This document shows, in pieces, positions 51,407 through 63,734 of a stretch of 64,000 nt of DNA. Position 1 is the stretch's first letter. Each line of letters starts with the position of its first letter. The notes beneath the pieces were generated by a model. It saw only the letters and a list, made by a program, of their open reading frames with translations, made no database searches and was not told the origin of the DNA. Made by a program: the position numbers and the translations under genes. Source of the DNA: Octopus vulgaris (taxonomy: Eukaryota); NCBI GenBank assembly GCA_951406725.2, contig OX597832.1, positions 3,100,001-3,164,000 on the forward strand, given 5' to 3'.

Positions 51407-51499
51407 CGCGGTACATGTGTTTCAAGCTTTATAAATGGCCCACTTTTACATCAGTGTATAATAGACATAAAAGATGGTTTAAAGCTCTCTTCAGCCGCA
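51407..51499 (-). ncRNA. Type I hammerhead ribozyme motif with a long stem II loop
   Basis: GCGG-CTGAAGA-GAGCTTTA...TAAAGCTT-GAA-ACACATGT-A-CCGC; predicted GUA cleavage. Confidence 0.75.
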
Positions 51500-52310
51500 T
51501 GCATTGTTATTCCAAAAAGTTACATCACACTATGAAAAATATGAAAAGTACATGTAGTATTATCCATAATAATAGGTATATTATATCTCCCTGAGAAAGT
51601 GTATTTGTAAAATTTCACTACCAAAAAGGCGTGTAGGGCATCACTGGATTTCGAAAATCTGTCCATACTGTATCACCAGTCAACATAGAGTGAATGTTAA
51701 ATAGATTTGAATGGGTTCATTCCCCTTGTAAGGAAATAGAAATAAGGAGAAGGAAAGAGGGGAAAAAAAGAGTAAGAAAAAGTAGGGAGAACATGGAGAG
51801 GAAAATAGATAGAAAGAAGAGAGAAAGATTAGAAGGGAAATAGAGAGACAGAAAGAAAAAGGAGAAAAAAGAAGGAAGATGATAAAATAGAGAGAGAAAA
51901 CGCTAAAGGTAGAAGCAAAGTAAGGGGATAATGTAAGTAAAGGGTCAGTGTAATAAAGTCGGAAAAAAGAAAAAAAGATAATAATGCTGGGAACACAAAT
52001 AAATAAATATATATAAATAAATATAATAAATATAAAAATTAGAGTAACAAGAAAATATAAAATGTAAAAACATAAAGTATAAAAATATAAAGAAATATAA
52101 AAAGATATAAGATAATCGTAAAAACAAAAGAATTAAAATAAAGAGATAAGATGCTAAAAGAGTTGAGGATAAGATCTAGGTTTTGATGTGGTGGTGTCAT
52201 AAATTACTTCTTATTTCCGGGTGGGGTGGGGGGGACTGAAATTTGATATTGTTGTAGAGAGTGGTCAGTTTACAGCAATCTGCTACTACTTGCTTTAAGT
52301 TTATCCTGTA

Positions 52311-52702
52311 CTAGCAGTATCGCCCGGCGTTGCTCGGGTTTGTAAGGGAAATAACTATATAAGCATTTTTAGAGATGTAAAGTATAATAGCCATCTCAAT
52401 ATGGCTAACCACAAAGGGGGGTTACTGTAGCTTTTTACGTTCTGAGATTTAATAATACATTTTTAGAGAGTTACTTCCCTTATATATGCCAAAAATGCAT
52501 TAAAATGGGAAAAATTGATGGTAAATTTTTTTTTAAATCGTAGACTCCTCGTAGACGCACGCTAATACCCAGAAGGGCTCGATATGAATCACGACTATAA
52601 GATACCCGGTTTTGGTTAAACAGCACCGCAAAATGTGGGAGTAGTTAGGAATCTAAATTGTAGGAGACAGACAGCACACAACCTCACTTTTATATATAAA
52701 GA
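52311..52702 (-). mobile_element. Non-autonomous Helitron, complete
   Basis: 5' A|TCTTTATATATAAAA ... CCCGAGCAACGCCGGG hairpin, GATACTGCTAG|T 3'. Confidence 0.8.
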
Positions 52703-52846
52703 TGTGTGTACGTGTGTCTGCATACTTACCCGTGCGCATATATATAAACATGTCTCATAAAGCACAGCATGAGATACACAGCCTTAAGTATATGGAATTA
52801 CACACATATCCTCACACACACATCTACAGTTAAATTTTAGTAAATA

Positions 52847-53345
52847 CTAGCAGTATCGCCCGGCGTTGCTCGGGTTTGTAAGGGAAATAACTATATAAGC
52901 ATTTTTAGAGAGTTACTTCCCTTATAGATGCCAATTCGGGCTTTCTTAGCCATTTCTGTTTTGGTGTCTTCAAGCCATGAAGTCATTGTTCTAAAAGAAC
53001 GCTGGTCTCCTTGACAACGCTTTACGACGTTGATTTCCTTACACTCCCTTCCCCACAGTTTCACGAGGGAGGGAAGAAGGGGGAGAAGCAAACAGGTGCA
53101 GGTGTGACCATGGACGCCATCTCCGCCGCCATCGACACACGAAAAATTATGCATTAAAATGGAATAAAAAATTATGTTAAATTATTTTTAAAATCGTAGA
53201 CTCATCGTAGACGCGCGCTAATACTCAGACGGGCTCGATATGAATCACGACTATAAGATACCCGAATTTGGTTAAACTGCACCGCAAAATGTGGGAGTAG
53301 TTAGGAATCTAAATCGAAGGAGACAGACACTCACACAACTACAGT
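52847..53345 (-). mobile_element. Non-autonomous Helitron, same family, different internal segment
   Basis: Identical 3' end to the 52311 copy; 5' end eroded. Confidence 0.75.
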
Positions 53346-53489
53346 TTTTGCTACCTAGGTGACCTAATTAGCAGCAGATGGAATTGTACAGAAAGTGTAA
53401 TAGCTAGAATAAGTATAGGGTGGAGAAAGTTCAGAGGGCTTTTACCTCTGTTGGCAACCAAAGGTCTCTCTCTCTAATCTCTCTCTAAG

Positions 53490-54170
53490 TGGAGGGAAGA
53501 TTGTATGATGCATGTGTACAAACTGTGATGCTGCTGCATGGTAGTGTGATGTGGGCTCTGAATGTGGAGGATGTGATGCTGGTATGCTCTGCTGGAGGTG
53601 CAATGTCAATGTGCATGTGTGACAACATTGATGTATTGAGAGAGAAGTTGGGCATAAGAGGAATTAGATGCAATGTACAAGAGAGGAGACTGCCGGTTTG
53701 GTCATGTGATGTGGATGGATGAATACAGTTGCATGAACAAGTGCTGATCACTTAAGATGAAAGGAAGTTGTGGGAAAGGGAGACCTAGGAAGACATGGGA
53801 TGAAGTTTTGAAGGCTGGTCTTAAAATGCTGAACCTTGCAAACGAGACAACATAGGACCAAGGTATGTGGCACATTGTTGTACTAGAGAAAACCCAACCA
53901 CCACAACAGAATTGAGATCCTAAACCCAAGGTGCCAAATAAAAAGCACTGGTGCTGGTGCCACTTAAAACGTACTTGTGATGGCGCCACATATAAAGTAC
54001 CCTGTACACTCTGGGGTAGTTGGCATTAGGAAGGGCATCCAGCTGTAGAAACCAAGCCAAAACAGACTGTAGAATCTGGTGCAACCTCTGGCTTTACCAG
54101 TTCCTCTCAAGCCATTCAGCCCATGCCAACATGGAAAATCAATGTTAAATGATATTGATGATGATGATCA
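53490..54170 (+). mobile_element. Decayed RTE LINE 3' end with family D tail
   Basis: GRLYDACVQTVML.HGS..WAL...LREKLGIRGI...GRPRKTW motifs, then the family D 3' UTR and (GAT)n. Confidence 0.75.
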
Positions 54171-54949
54171 TTATCATCCCTCCTGCTAATGTAAATGTTG
54201 TATTTTTCCTGATGTCTTCATTTGAAGTATTTCATTCTGGATCACAGACCTCTCTCGCTAGACTAGCCAATTTTGGATTGTCAAAAACTTTGCAGTGCTG
54301 CAATTACTCCAATTAAAAATTTTTTGTATTAGAAGTATATTTAGAGCATCTTCTTTGCCCATCTTAAGTTGGATAAAGGAAATATCCTTGGAAATTCAAA
54401 AGTGGGGCACAATAGATATAGTTCATAGGCTTCTATAAACTGAAGAAAATAATTAAGTCTTTGACACCTTAAAAATATTTACCAGTGTCTGAAAGTGTTT
54501 TAGCAGTAGTTTCATGTAATTATTGATATTTACACTGCTTCAAAACTGAAGCAGAAGAATGTACAGCAAAATATGCACTAAAGAAGCAACAAAAGTTTAA
54601 GAGTGGAAAGGAAGGAGGTTCACTTACTCCAAAATGGCAGAAAACAGGAAGTGCAGATGATTTGGAGGAAGAGGATGCTGAGTACTCCATCTCCAAGAGA
54701 TTCTGGAGCAGATACAAATGCAGGAAGAACAAAATTTAGTTGTTGTGTGACTTTTGTAATGATGATTGTTGCCTTAAGAATATAACTTAAGAAAACCGTA
54801 CAGAAATAACCCCAATAAAACTGACCCTAACAGTAATAAAAATAAGAGTAACTATAGAAAGAAATATAATAATAATAACAACAACTTTACACTATACACA
54901 AACACTGAGGATAGCTTCTACACCCAAAATAATAAAGATATAAATAAAC

Positions 54950-55700
54950 GAAATACTGATACGATCTGGTTAATAATCCCCTTCATAATGCAGCTGAAAT
55001 ATAACATAGTTCACTCCATAGTGAGACTTACTTGAACTTAAATAACAAATACTCAGGAATCTTTAAGAATAAGATTAGAGTAGGCCATAGCTTAATTAGT
55101 AACCTAGCTACCATCACAGCCTCGATCAACAATAATAAGCCTTCTACGAAACTAGGAAAAATACCAACATGAAACATAACTGCCAACAGGCAAATGGAAT
55201 AAATCTTGTCCCTAATAATCCACTCTCAAACAACACAGTCAACGACCTGATAAATAATAACCCCCCCTCAACATAACACAAGCACAGATAAACTGAATAA
55301 TTTATGTGGCTGCAGAGACAGAAATAAGTGTCAATTCTCAAATAGGTGTCAAACAAAATGCGTAATATACCAATGCGATGTACTTGCAAATAACCATAAG
55401 AAATCTTATATAGGAGCCATGAAAAATTAATGATACTTAGATACAATTCCCACCAATCTACCTTTAGAAATAGAAGTAAAGCAAACTCTACAGGACTTAG
55501 TAGCTACATCTGGGAATTAAACGACAAAAAAATCAACTATCGTTTAGAATGGCGTATCCTAGTAAAAACTTCGTCATATACCATTAACAATAAGTGCTGT
55601 GAGCTTTGTATAACAGAAAAACTACTAATTTTAATGGCCAAATCAACTCTACTTAATAAAAAATATGAAAACTAAATTTTTTTGTTTGCATAAAGGCCAA
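54950..55700 (+). pseudogene. Penelope-like element remnant, GIY-YIG endonuclease
   Basis: VIYQC...SYIG...RYNSHQSTFRN...TGLSSYIWEL...EW...CCELCITEK; homologous to 62337-62837. Confidence 0.75.
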
Positions 55701-57195
55701 TTCGTATTCTCTTAGTTTTGTTAAACCTCATTCCTATATACACCACTTTCTCCAAGCTTAAATGTTATTAGCAGACCTACTTATCAGCATATTACCTTCC
55801 CTTAACCTTCCTGAACCTAACTAGCTTATGCTTATCCAACCCACATTATAAATAGATAAAAATAGCTATATCTTACACTAGCCTACCCCAATCCACATTA
55901 TCAATAAATATTAATATACTTAATCTACTTTCTACACTAGCCTACTTTTTTCATATAATTCTTTTCAGTCGAGAACTACCAACCCTTTTACACATTATAT
56001 TACCCCTCTTCTATCTTTTTCTTTTCCTTTCCATTGCACTCCTCAAACCTAAATAGTATTCTGAAACTTTGTCTTTACCCATGAAATCGCACTCCTGCTA
56101 GATATAAAATTTACCCTTATGGCTTCCTTTGCAAATATACGAACTCTCCACAACCTTTAAGTTAGGGATACATAGCTCTTATTAACCACACCAGACAAAG
56201 ATGTCGATTTAAATTTTAAGAACATTAAGGTAGTAGAGTTTATCAACTGACTGAAGAATATTCAGAATATTCAGTTGTTTTGAACTGCTAGAAGGTTTGG
56301 AAAGAATGATCAACTGAAAGGAGACAAGAAAGATTTTCTATTTATAGAAATAAGGGTGAAATAGATGTCCAAGTTCTATATAAAGAAATTAAGGTAGAGA
56401 GAGGGTTGTAATGCTACAGAGGCTGTTTACTACTATTTGGCAAACAGATTTTGTATTAGGAAAACTAGGTCAATGTCAAATGGTCACAGTGACCACTTAT
56501 AGAGAATACAGAGATTCTTTTATACTTATATACATCAACTTTATACTTAGCTGGTAGATTTTGAATATTTTGATATGTTGGATTAAAGGAGAAATTATAA
56601 ATCTAATATTTATTCATTTTGGAGAAAAATCTATCACTTATGAGTAGGCATAATACATATTAACTGAGGACAAAAGTCTTATTAATCAAGTGAATATATT
56701 AGGGGTCAAATATATATAATAGGGAAACTGGAAGAGGAGTAATCAAGAAGAATGGTATTTGTAGGTTTAGTAGAAGGTGATTTATTTTTATGAAGAGAAG
56801 TAATTAAGAAGAGTAAATTACTCAGATTTCGTAGATAGTGGAATGTTATTAATGAATTAAAATATAGAATCTGTTAGACATAATATTTACTACCCGAGGA
56901 GAAAGGCTAATTAGTTAGGTAAAAATATCCTAGGTTAATGATATATTAAGAAATGGAAGTGAGATAATCAAGGTGAACTGAGTAGTTTCTTTAGGGACAT
57001 AAACTTTATACTATTTAGTATAGGAGATTATCAAAAAAAAAAAAAAAAAGAAAAATGGGAGAATTTAAATCCAAGTTTGCAATGAAGTTTTTTAGTAATC
57101 TATGTATGTTGAATTAAAAACCAGTATGGTATATTCATTCTTATTTGGTTATAAAGAATTAGAATTTGAAAAATTTAGGAATAGTCACAATATTA

Positions 57196-57450
57196 TTATT
57201 TAAAATATTTAAACGTACTGGTTGTGTGATGTATGCAAGATAATCCTAGCTCCGAACGGTTAGTTAACAGATTTGTATTACTCCTATGTTTTAAAATTTC
57301 ATATGTTTCCATAGAACAAAGTTCACAACCATCTCTACCGTTTTTATAAGGCCATGCTTTTCTTACTATATCCCATTTCATGTTGAATTCTATATTATTC
57401 GTTTTCAGTTCCCAAATTTTACTAGGCAATGTTGTGCAAGCTGCTTTGCA
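57196..57450 (-). pseudogene. Penelope-like element remnant, GIY-YIG C-terminus
   Basis: TLPSKIWELK...KWDIV..A.PY...CELCSME...LL.NRSE...CIH. Confidence 0.7.
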
Positions 57451-57459
57451 TTGTATATG

Positions 57460-57522
<63 letters not shown>

Positions 57523-57828
57523 GGATTCCATTATAATGACAATACTTTTATGAAATGATCATAAGATGCATTAATTACCTAACTGTTAAACCGTCATATT
57601 TCATATATTTACATGTATTTTTAATACAATATTATTTATTATTTTAAACATATATATCTTTGTGAAGAATTTTTTGATATTAATTTTCATGCTATTATTT
57701 CAAAATATAGCATATATATATGTATATGTGTATATATATATATGCATATATATATATGCATCTATATATATATGCATCTATATATATATGCATATATATA
57801 TATATATATGCATATATATATATATATA

Positions 57829-59120
57829 CGAGGGACGTTCAATAAGTAATGCTCCTGACCCACTTGCAATTATTTGATCTAGCTGAAATTTTGCATGTGC
57901 AATTATTTATATCTCTATAGATGAAGTGGCAAATTACAGCTCTGGACTAATTGCGGTTTCTGATTTACAGGTGTTTGAACTGAGTCAAGTATGAAATGGA
58001 GCCTGTTGAGTGTCGAGCAGTGATCCGGTTTTTGTATTTGAAAGGACGCACACCACGGAAGACTTTTGATGAAATGAAAGTAACTTATGGTGAGGATGCC
58101 CCATCATATGACCTTGTAAAACGCTGGCATCGTGAATTTAAACATGGTCGGAACTCTGAGGAAACAGCTCCCAGATCTGGTCGCCCCCTTTCTGCCATTG
58201 ATGGGGCATCTGTCCGTCAAGTTGAGGCTGCCATTTTGGAAGATCGACGCATAACTATTCGCGAAATAGCCCATGAGGTCAAGATTAGTACCGGGTCTGT
58301 GGAAACTATCATTCATGGCCATTTGGATATGGAAAAGGTGTCTGCAAGATGGATTCCCAGGTTGCTCACACCTTTCCAGAAGCAAGAACGCGTCAAGTGC
58401 ATGAGGATGAATTTGGAGATGTGCCAAGAAGATGAGTCAAAATTTTTCAAAAGACTGATAACACAGGATGAAACCTGGGTCCATCACTATGATCCAGAGA
58501 CCAAAGCTCAGTCAATGCAGTGGAAGCACCATGACTCACCTCCTCCAAAGAAGGCAAGGGTACAGCCCTCCGCTGGCAAGGTCATGCTCACAGTCTTCTG
58601 GGACCAGGACGGTGTAGTAATGACAGATTTCCTGGCAAAGGGTACTACAATTACAGGAGCCTATTATGCTTCACTTTTGAGGAAATTAAGAGAAGCTATC
58701 AAAATCAAGAGGCGGGGCAAGATCAGCAAAGGCATCCTCCTCCTGCAGGACAATTCTCCGGTCCACAACTCGCTTGTCGCCAGATCAGACGCACAGGCGT
58801 GCGGCTATGAACTCCACCCCATCCCCCCTACTCTCCTGACCTTGCACCCTCTGATTTTCACCCCTTCCCAGCCATGAAGTTGTTTTTGAAAGGAAAGCAT
58901 TTTCCAGATGATGCAGCCTTGATTTCTGAAGTCACGTCGTGGTTGGAGGACCAAGCTGGGGTCTTCTACAAAAACGGTCTCCAGAGCTGCATCAAACGAT
59001 GAGAGAAATGCGTAACTCTGGGTGTTTCCTATGTAGACAAAGACTAATAACTGTGTCAGGTTTTGTTGCTCTACTGCTATAGGAAGTGGGTCAGGGGCAT
59101 TACTTATTGAACGCCCCTCG
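57829..59120 (+). mobile_element. Mariner transposon, full length
   Basis: ~37-bp TIRs CGAGGG(A/G)CGTTCAATAAGTAATGC(T/C)CCTGACCCACTT; TA target-site duplication; ~1.29 kb. Confidence 0.95.
57996..59047 (+). pseudogene. Mariner DD34D transposase with one frameshift (~58817) and one premature stop (~59000)
   Basis: WIPRLL, QDETW and LLQDN motifs; YSPDLAPSD continues in a shifted frame. Confidence 0.9.
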
Positions 59121-59190
59121 TATATATATATACGGACGTTAAACGATGATGATGATGATGATGATGATATATATATATATATATATATAT

Positions 59191-59540
59191 ATGTAGGTCC
59201 TGGGTTGATTCGGGGTTAACCACAGTAAATAAGGTACTCAATACATAGCAGAGTAAAATTAATTTATTATATAGAAGGAGCTTCTACAGGACTAGAACTG
59301 TTTCATTCAAGAGAAATCTTCAGGAAGCTAGTTAACAAGAATTGTATTGGCATTTATACATTTAGGCAGGTTTATAGGGGTGGTGGTGGGGGACTTTTTG
59401 GGGGTAGGCATAGCGCAAAAAAATCATACTTGGGGGAGTGGTCAAGGAGTCAGTGGTAAATTAGATAGAAGAATAAATAAAAGAATAAAAAAAGAATAAA
59501 AAAATAAAAAAATTAAAAATTATATAGAAGAATAGAGTTT
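59191..59540 (-). mobile_element. Penelope pLTR-like repeat
   Basis: 59191-59329 is an inverted copy of 61650-61790; contains a hammerhead; abuts a TA run. Confidence 0.65.
59279..59329 (-). ncRNA. Type I hammerhead ribozyme motif
   Basis: AGCTTC-CTGAAGA-tTTCtcttGAAt-GAA-ACAG ttctagtc CTGT-A-GAAGCT. Confidence 0.75.
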
Positions 59541-59559
59541 TAGGTAAATAAGGAAATTC

Positions 59560-59604
59560 TCAACACACACACATATACATACACACATACATACACACAC
59601 ACCC

Positions 59605-59639
<35 letters not shown>

Positions 59640-59674
59640 TATTCATATATATATCTACATATATATATCCATAT

Positions 59675-59705
<31 letters not shown>

Positions 59706-59916
59706 CATACATACACATATACATGCATATACATATACACACACACATGTATATATACACACCCACGACCACACATACACATACACACAAAAAAAATATA
59801 TACTTACACACACATACACATACTCACATACACACACATATCCACATACACACATGCACACACAACACACAAGTCCCTATATACTCATATATACATATAC
59901 ACATATATGTATGTAT

Positions 59917-59958
<42 letters not shown>

Positions 59959-60550
59959 ACATATGTGTACCCATTCATACACATATATGTATGTATACAC
60001 ACACACACACATACATATATATACACATACATACATACATATGTGTACCTATTCATACCTACACATACACACATATATACATACAATTACAAACCCATTC
60101 CCTAATTTTTATTTTATTATCTTCATTTATTACTTTTGTTATCTTTGACCGCTGGTCACAAACATCTTGGCTAGTCCCTTTTATCTTTCTACTTGAGCAC
60201 AAGCACTCACTCACGCACGCACACTCATTAGCACGCACACACACTCTCATTCGTACACTCATACACATACACGCACGCACGCGTTATATTCATACATACA
60301 TACATCTACATACATACACGTATATACACATACATACGCGTACCTACAGATTCATGTCTACAATCTTAGAAGACTAGTCTATACATATACACCAAATATA
60401 TATACACACATACATATACACCTACATACAAATACATACATACATATACATACACACATACATATACATACACATATACACACACACACATATATATATA
60501 TACACATATATACATATATATACATATACATATATATATACACACATCCG

Positions 60551-60582
<32 letters not shown>

Positions 60583-60673
60583 CACACATACACACACCCA
60601 CACGTATACATATACATACATATATATACGCGCATGCATACAGATACAAATACATACACATACACATATACAT

Positions 60674-60719
<46 letters not shown>

Positions 60720-60805
60720 ATACACATACATACATGCATATACATATATACACACACATACATACACATATACACATACACGCACATACACATATACATG
60801 CACAT

Positions 60806-60860
<55 letters not shown>

Positions 60861-60934
60861 CATATACATACACACATACACATACACACATACACACATG
60901 TACACATACACACACATATTCACATATATATATA

Positions 60935-60970
<36 letters not shown>

Positions 60971-61480
60971 TATACACACACATATATACATACACACACA
61001 TATATACATACACACACATATATATATATATACATACACACACACACATATATATATACCCACACCTACACATACACACATATATATATACATATATACA
61101 TACATATACACACATACACACACACACACATATATGTACATACATACACATACACATACATATACATATACATACACATATACATATACATATACACATG
61201 CACATACGTATAACTCTACATACCCACATATACATATATATGTATATATATATATACACATATATATATATACACACACATATATATACACATATACATG
61301 TGCACACATACACACACACATATATACCCATCTACAATCTGTATATACACACACATACATGCACATACACATAACTCTACATACCTACATATACATCGAC
61401 ATACTCGCGTACACTCATATATATATATATATACACATACACATACATATACACACATATACATATATATATATATACAT

Positions 61481-61525
<45 letters not shown>

Positions 61526-61569
61526 GCACACATATACATATATATATACACACACACACACACATACAT

Positions 61570-61648
<79 letters not shown>
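59560..61648. repeat. Compound (TA)n/(CA)n/(TACA)n microsatellite field
   Basis: Low-complexity sequence; source of many spurious ORFs. Confidence 0.95.
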
Positions 61649-61651
<3 letters not shown>

Positions 61652-61701
61652 CTTCCTGAAGATTTCTCTTGAATGAAACAGTTCTAGTCCTGTAGAAGCT
61701 C
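61649..61701 (+). ncRNA. Type I hammerhead ribozyme motif
   Basis: 7-bp stem I GAGCTTC/GAAGCTC, core CTGAAGA at 61656-61662, GAAA at 61675-61678, 4-bp stem III ACAG/CTGT; predicted GUA cleavage after 61694. Confidence 0.78.
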
Positions 61702-62112
61702 CTTCTATATAATAAATTAATTTTACTCTGCTATGTATTGAGTACCTTATTTACTGTGGTTAACCCCGAATCAACCCGGGACCTACATATATATATATAT
61801 ATATATATATATCAACAATTGAGGGTAAAGTTAATTAGTTATTAATCAATTTCACCAAGTATTCAGTATGTAAAAGGACCATTATTTTTTTGAGTAAACA
61901 TTGTCTGAGAGAAAATTTTCTTTAAGTAGTGGAAAAGGCTAAAAAACTTATTTGGCTGCTATTTCTAGAAAGTTCAGTATGTGGTAAAGTAATTTATTTT
62001 ACTAAGCCCTAATTATATAAAATTTTATATATACATACACATACATACACACATACATATACACATACATATGCATACACACATATATACATATATACAT
62101 ATATACACACAC

Positions 62113-62144
<32 letters not shown>

Positions 62145-62336
62145 TTTTTTACATACATACACACACACACACACATAATACATGCGTATATTCCTACTGT
62201 ACCCATACATTTCTATACATATATACGATACACATATACAAGCGTGCACATACAATATGTGAAAGGTCTTAGGAGAAAAGGTAGTCGGGGGTGCTAGGGG
62301 AACGGTGGGATTGGGGGGTTTGTGGGTGGGGTGTCA

Positions 62337-63700
62337 TCAATCTGGTTGCCGGGTAGGTCTATAGTTCTTGTAGTTTGCATAATTCTTATGCATGCAATTT
62401 GGGGAGTGTTCTGAAATCTTGTTAAGGAGAGGGCCTTTGGCGAACAAGATCTCTAGGCTCTCCGAAATGCAAAGGTTACAGCAGGTATGGCCTCCTGTGT
62501 ACGAACGCGCCTTCTGTAGTAGTTTCCACTTGGTCTTGAAGGGGATGGAGTTCCTTTTAAGGTACCAGATGTGGGCGGCGAGGGTAGTTTGGTTGGATTT
62601 ATCCGGTCGCCGGAACGAGTGTGAGTGTGCGTACCAACGGGTCTTAAAGCTGTTTGACGTCATTCCGATGTAGGATTTTCTTTTATCGTCAGGGCCTGAT
62701 CTTACCTCGCATGTATATACTAGGTCCCTCTGTAGGCAGTTGTTGTTGAGGGGGCAGGTGGTTTTATCAGGGCAGTTGCAATTGCTATCGGACGTTGGAT
62801 GGGCCTCGGAAAAAGTAGATATGTTAAGTTTTTTCACATTGTTGTTGGCTAGGTTCCTGGCTAGATTGGGCGTGGTAGAGTAGGAGAGTCTAATAGTGTT
62901 CTTATTTAGGATAGTGTAGTACTTATGTTGGGTGGGGAAGTGTTTCTGTAGGAGAGTGAAGAAGATTTTAGCTACAGGTGTAGCGACCTCACGGTTGAAG
63001 GGGGGTTGTACCAGCTAATGTGTCTTCGTCTATTTTTCCTGGGTTGGCGTGGGGCTATACTAGTATAGGTAATCTTATCTTTAAAGCCACTGCGGGCCAG
63101 GGCCTCGTTGTAATAGGGGGCTGCAGCCTTAAAGATATCTTCCGTGGCGGACAGGCTAGAAATTCTTATTGAGACACTTTTTACTAGGTTATCTAATATA
63201 TTTTTGGGGTGGTTGGAATTAATATCTATATATCTAAGGGATTCATTTGGTTTGTGGTACGGGTAATAAAGTGAGGTTTTTAAGTCGAGGGTGACGTCAA
63301 GGAAGTTAGCTTTGGTTAAGTTGGATTCTAAGGTAATCCTAAGGCCTAAGTTTTTAAAGAAGGTGTAAAGATTTTTCCGGAACCCATCCGTGGTCCTGGG
63401 GTTTATATTGTGGAGGGCGAAAAGGCCGTCATCGCGGTAAAGACCACCGGAGAGGCCTGTGAATAGGGTTTTCAGCCTATGGAGGATGAAAAGGCCCACT
63501 AGGTCACTTATTTCAGCCGAGTCGCTAGCACCCATGCTGACGTCGAAGGGGGTCACAGATTTTTTGTTGATCCAGTGGGATCCGTCGTGGAAAAGAAAAG
63601 TCTTACGTGCGTGGAGGATCACATCTTGCTCGGCCTCGGTGATGGTGGAGGACCTCCTGGCGAAGTTAATCGCGTCGATCAGCAAGCTCTCCGATATGGA
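62337..63700 (-). mobile_element. 5'-truncated Penelope-like retroelement ORF (RT + C-terminal GIY-YIG), frameshift near 63000
   Basis: MGASDSAE, YRDD, FLDV and Y.KP..SNHP RT/thumb motifs, then CNC-x5-CPL linker, LVY...YIG, KW and CNLC. Confidence 0.9.
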
Positions 63701-63734
63701 GGCGTAGTAATCCTCGATATTACTAGATTGTAGA

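Noticed and set aside
56245-56280. CAACTGA-CTGAAGA...TCAGTTG between two facing Penelope remnants
   Set aside because: Stem I-like pairing is present, but there is no GAAA or stem III; at best a dead relic.
59540-62255. Many long Y/I/H/T/C/V/M-rich ORFs (also at 33-34.5, 36.9, 40 and 44.1 kb)
   Set aside because: They are translations of (TA)n/(CA)n microsatellites, which lack stop codons.
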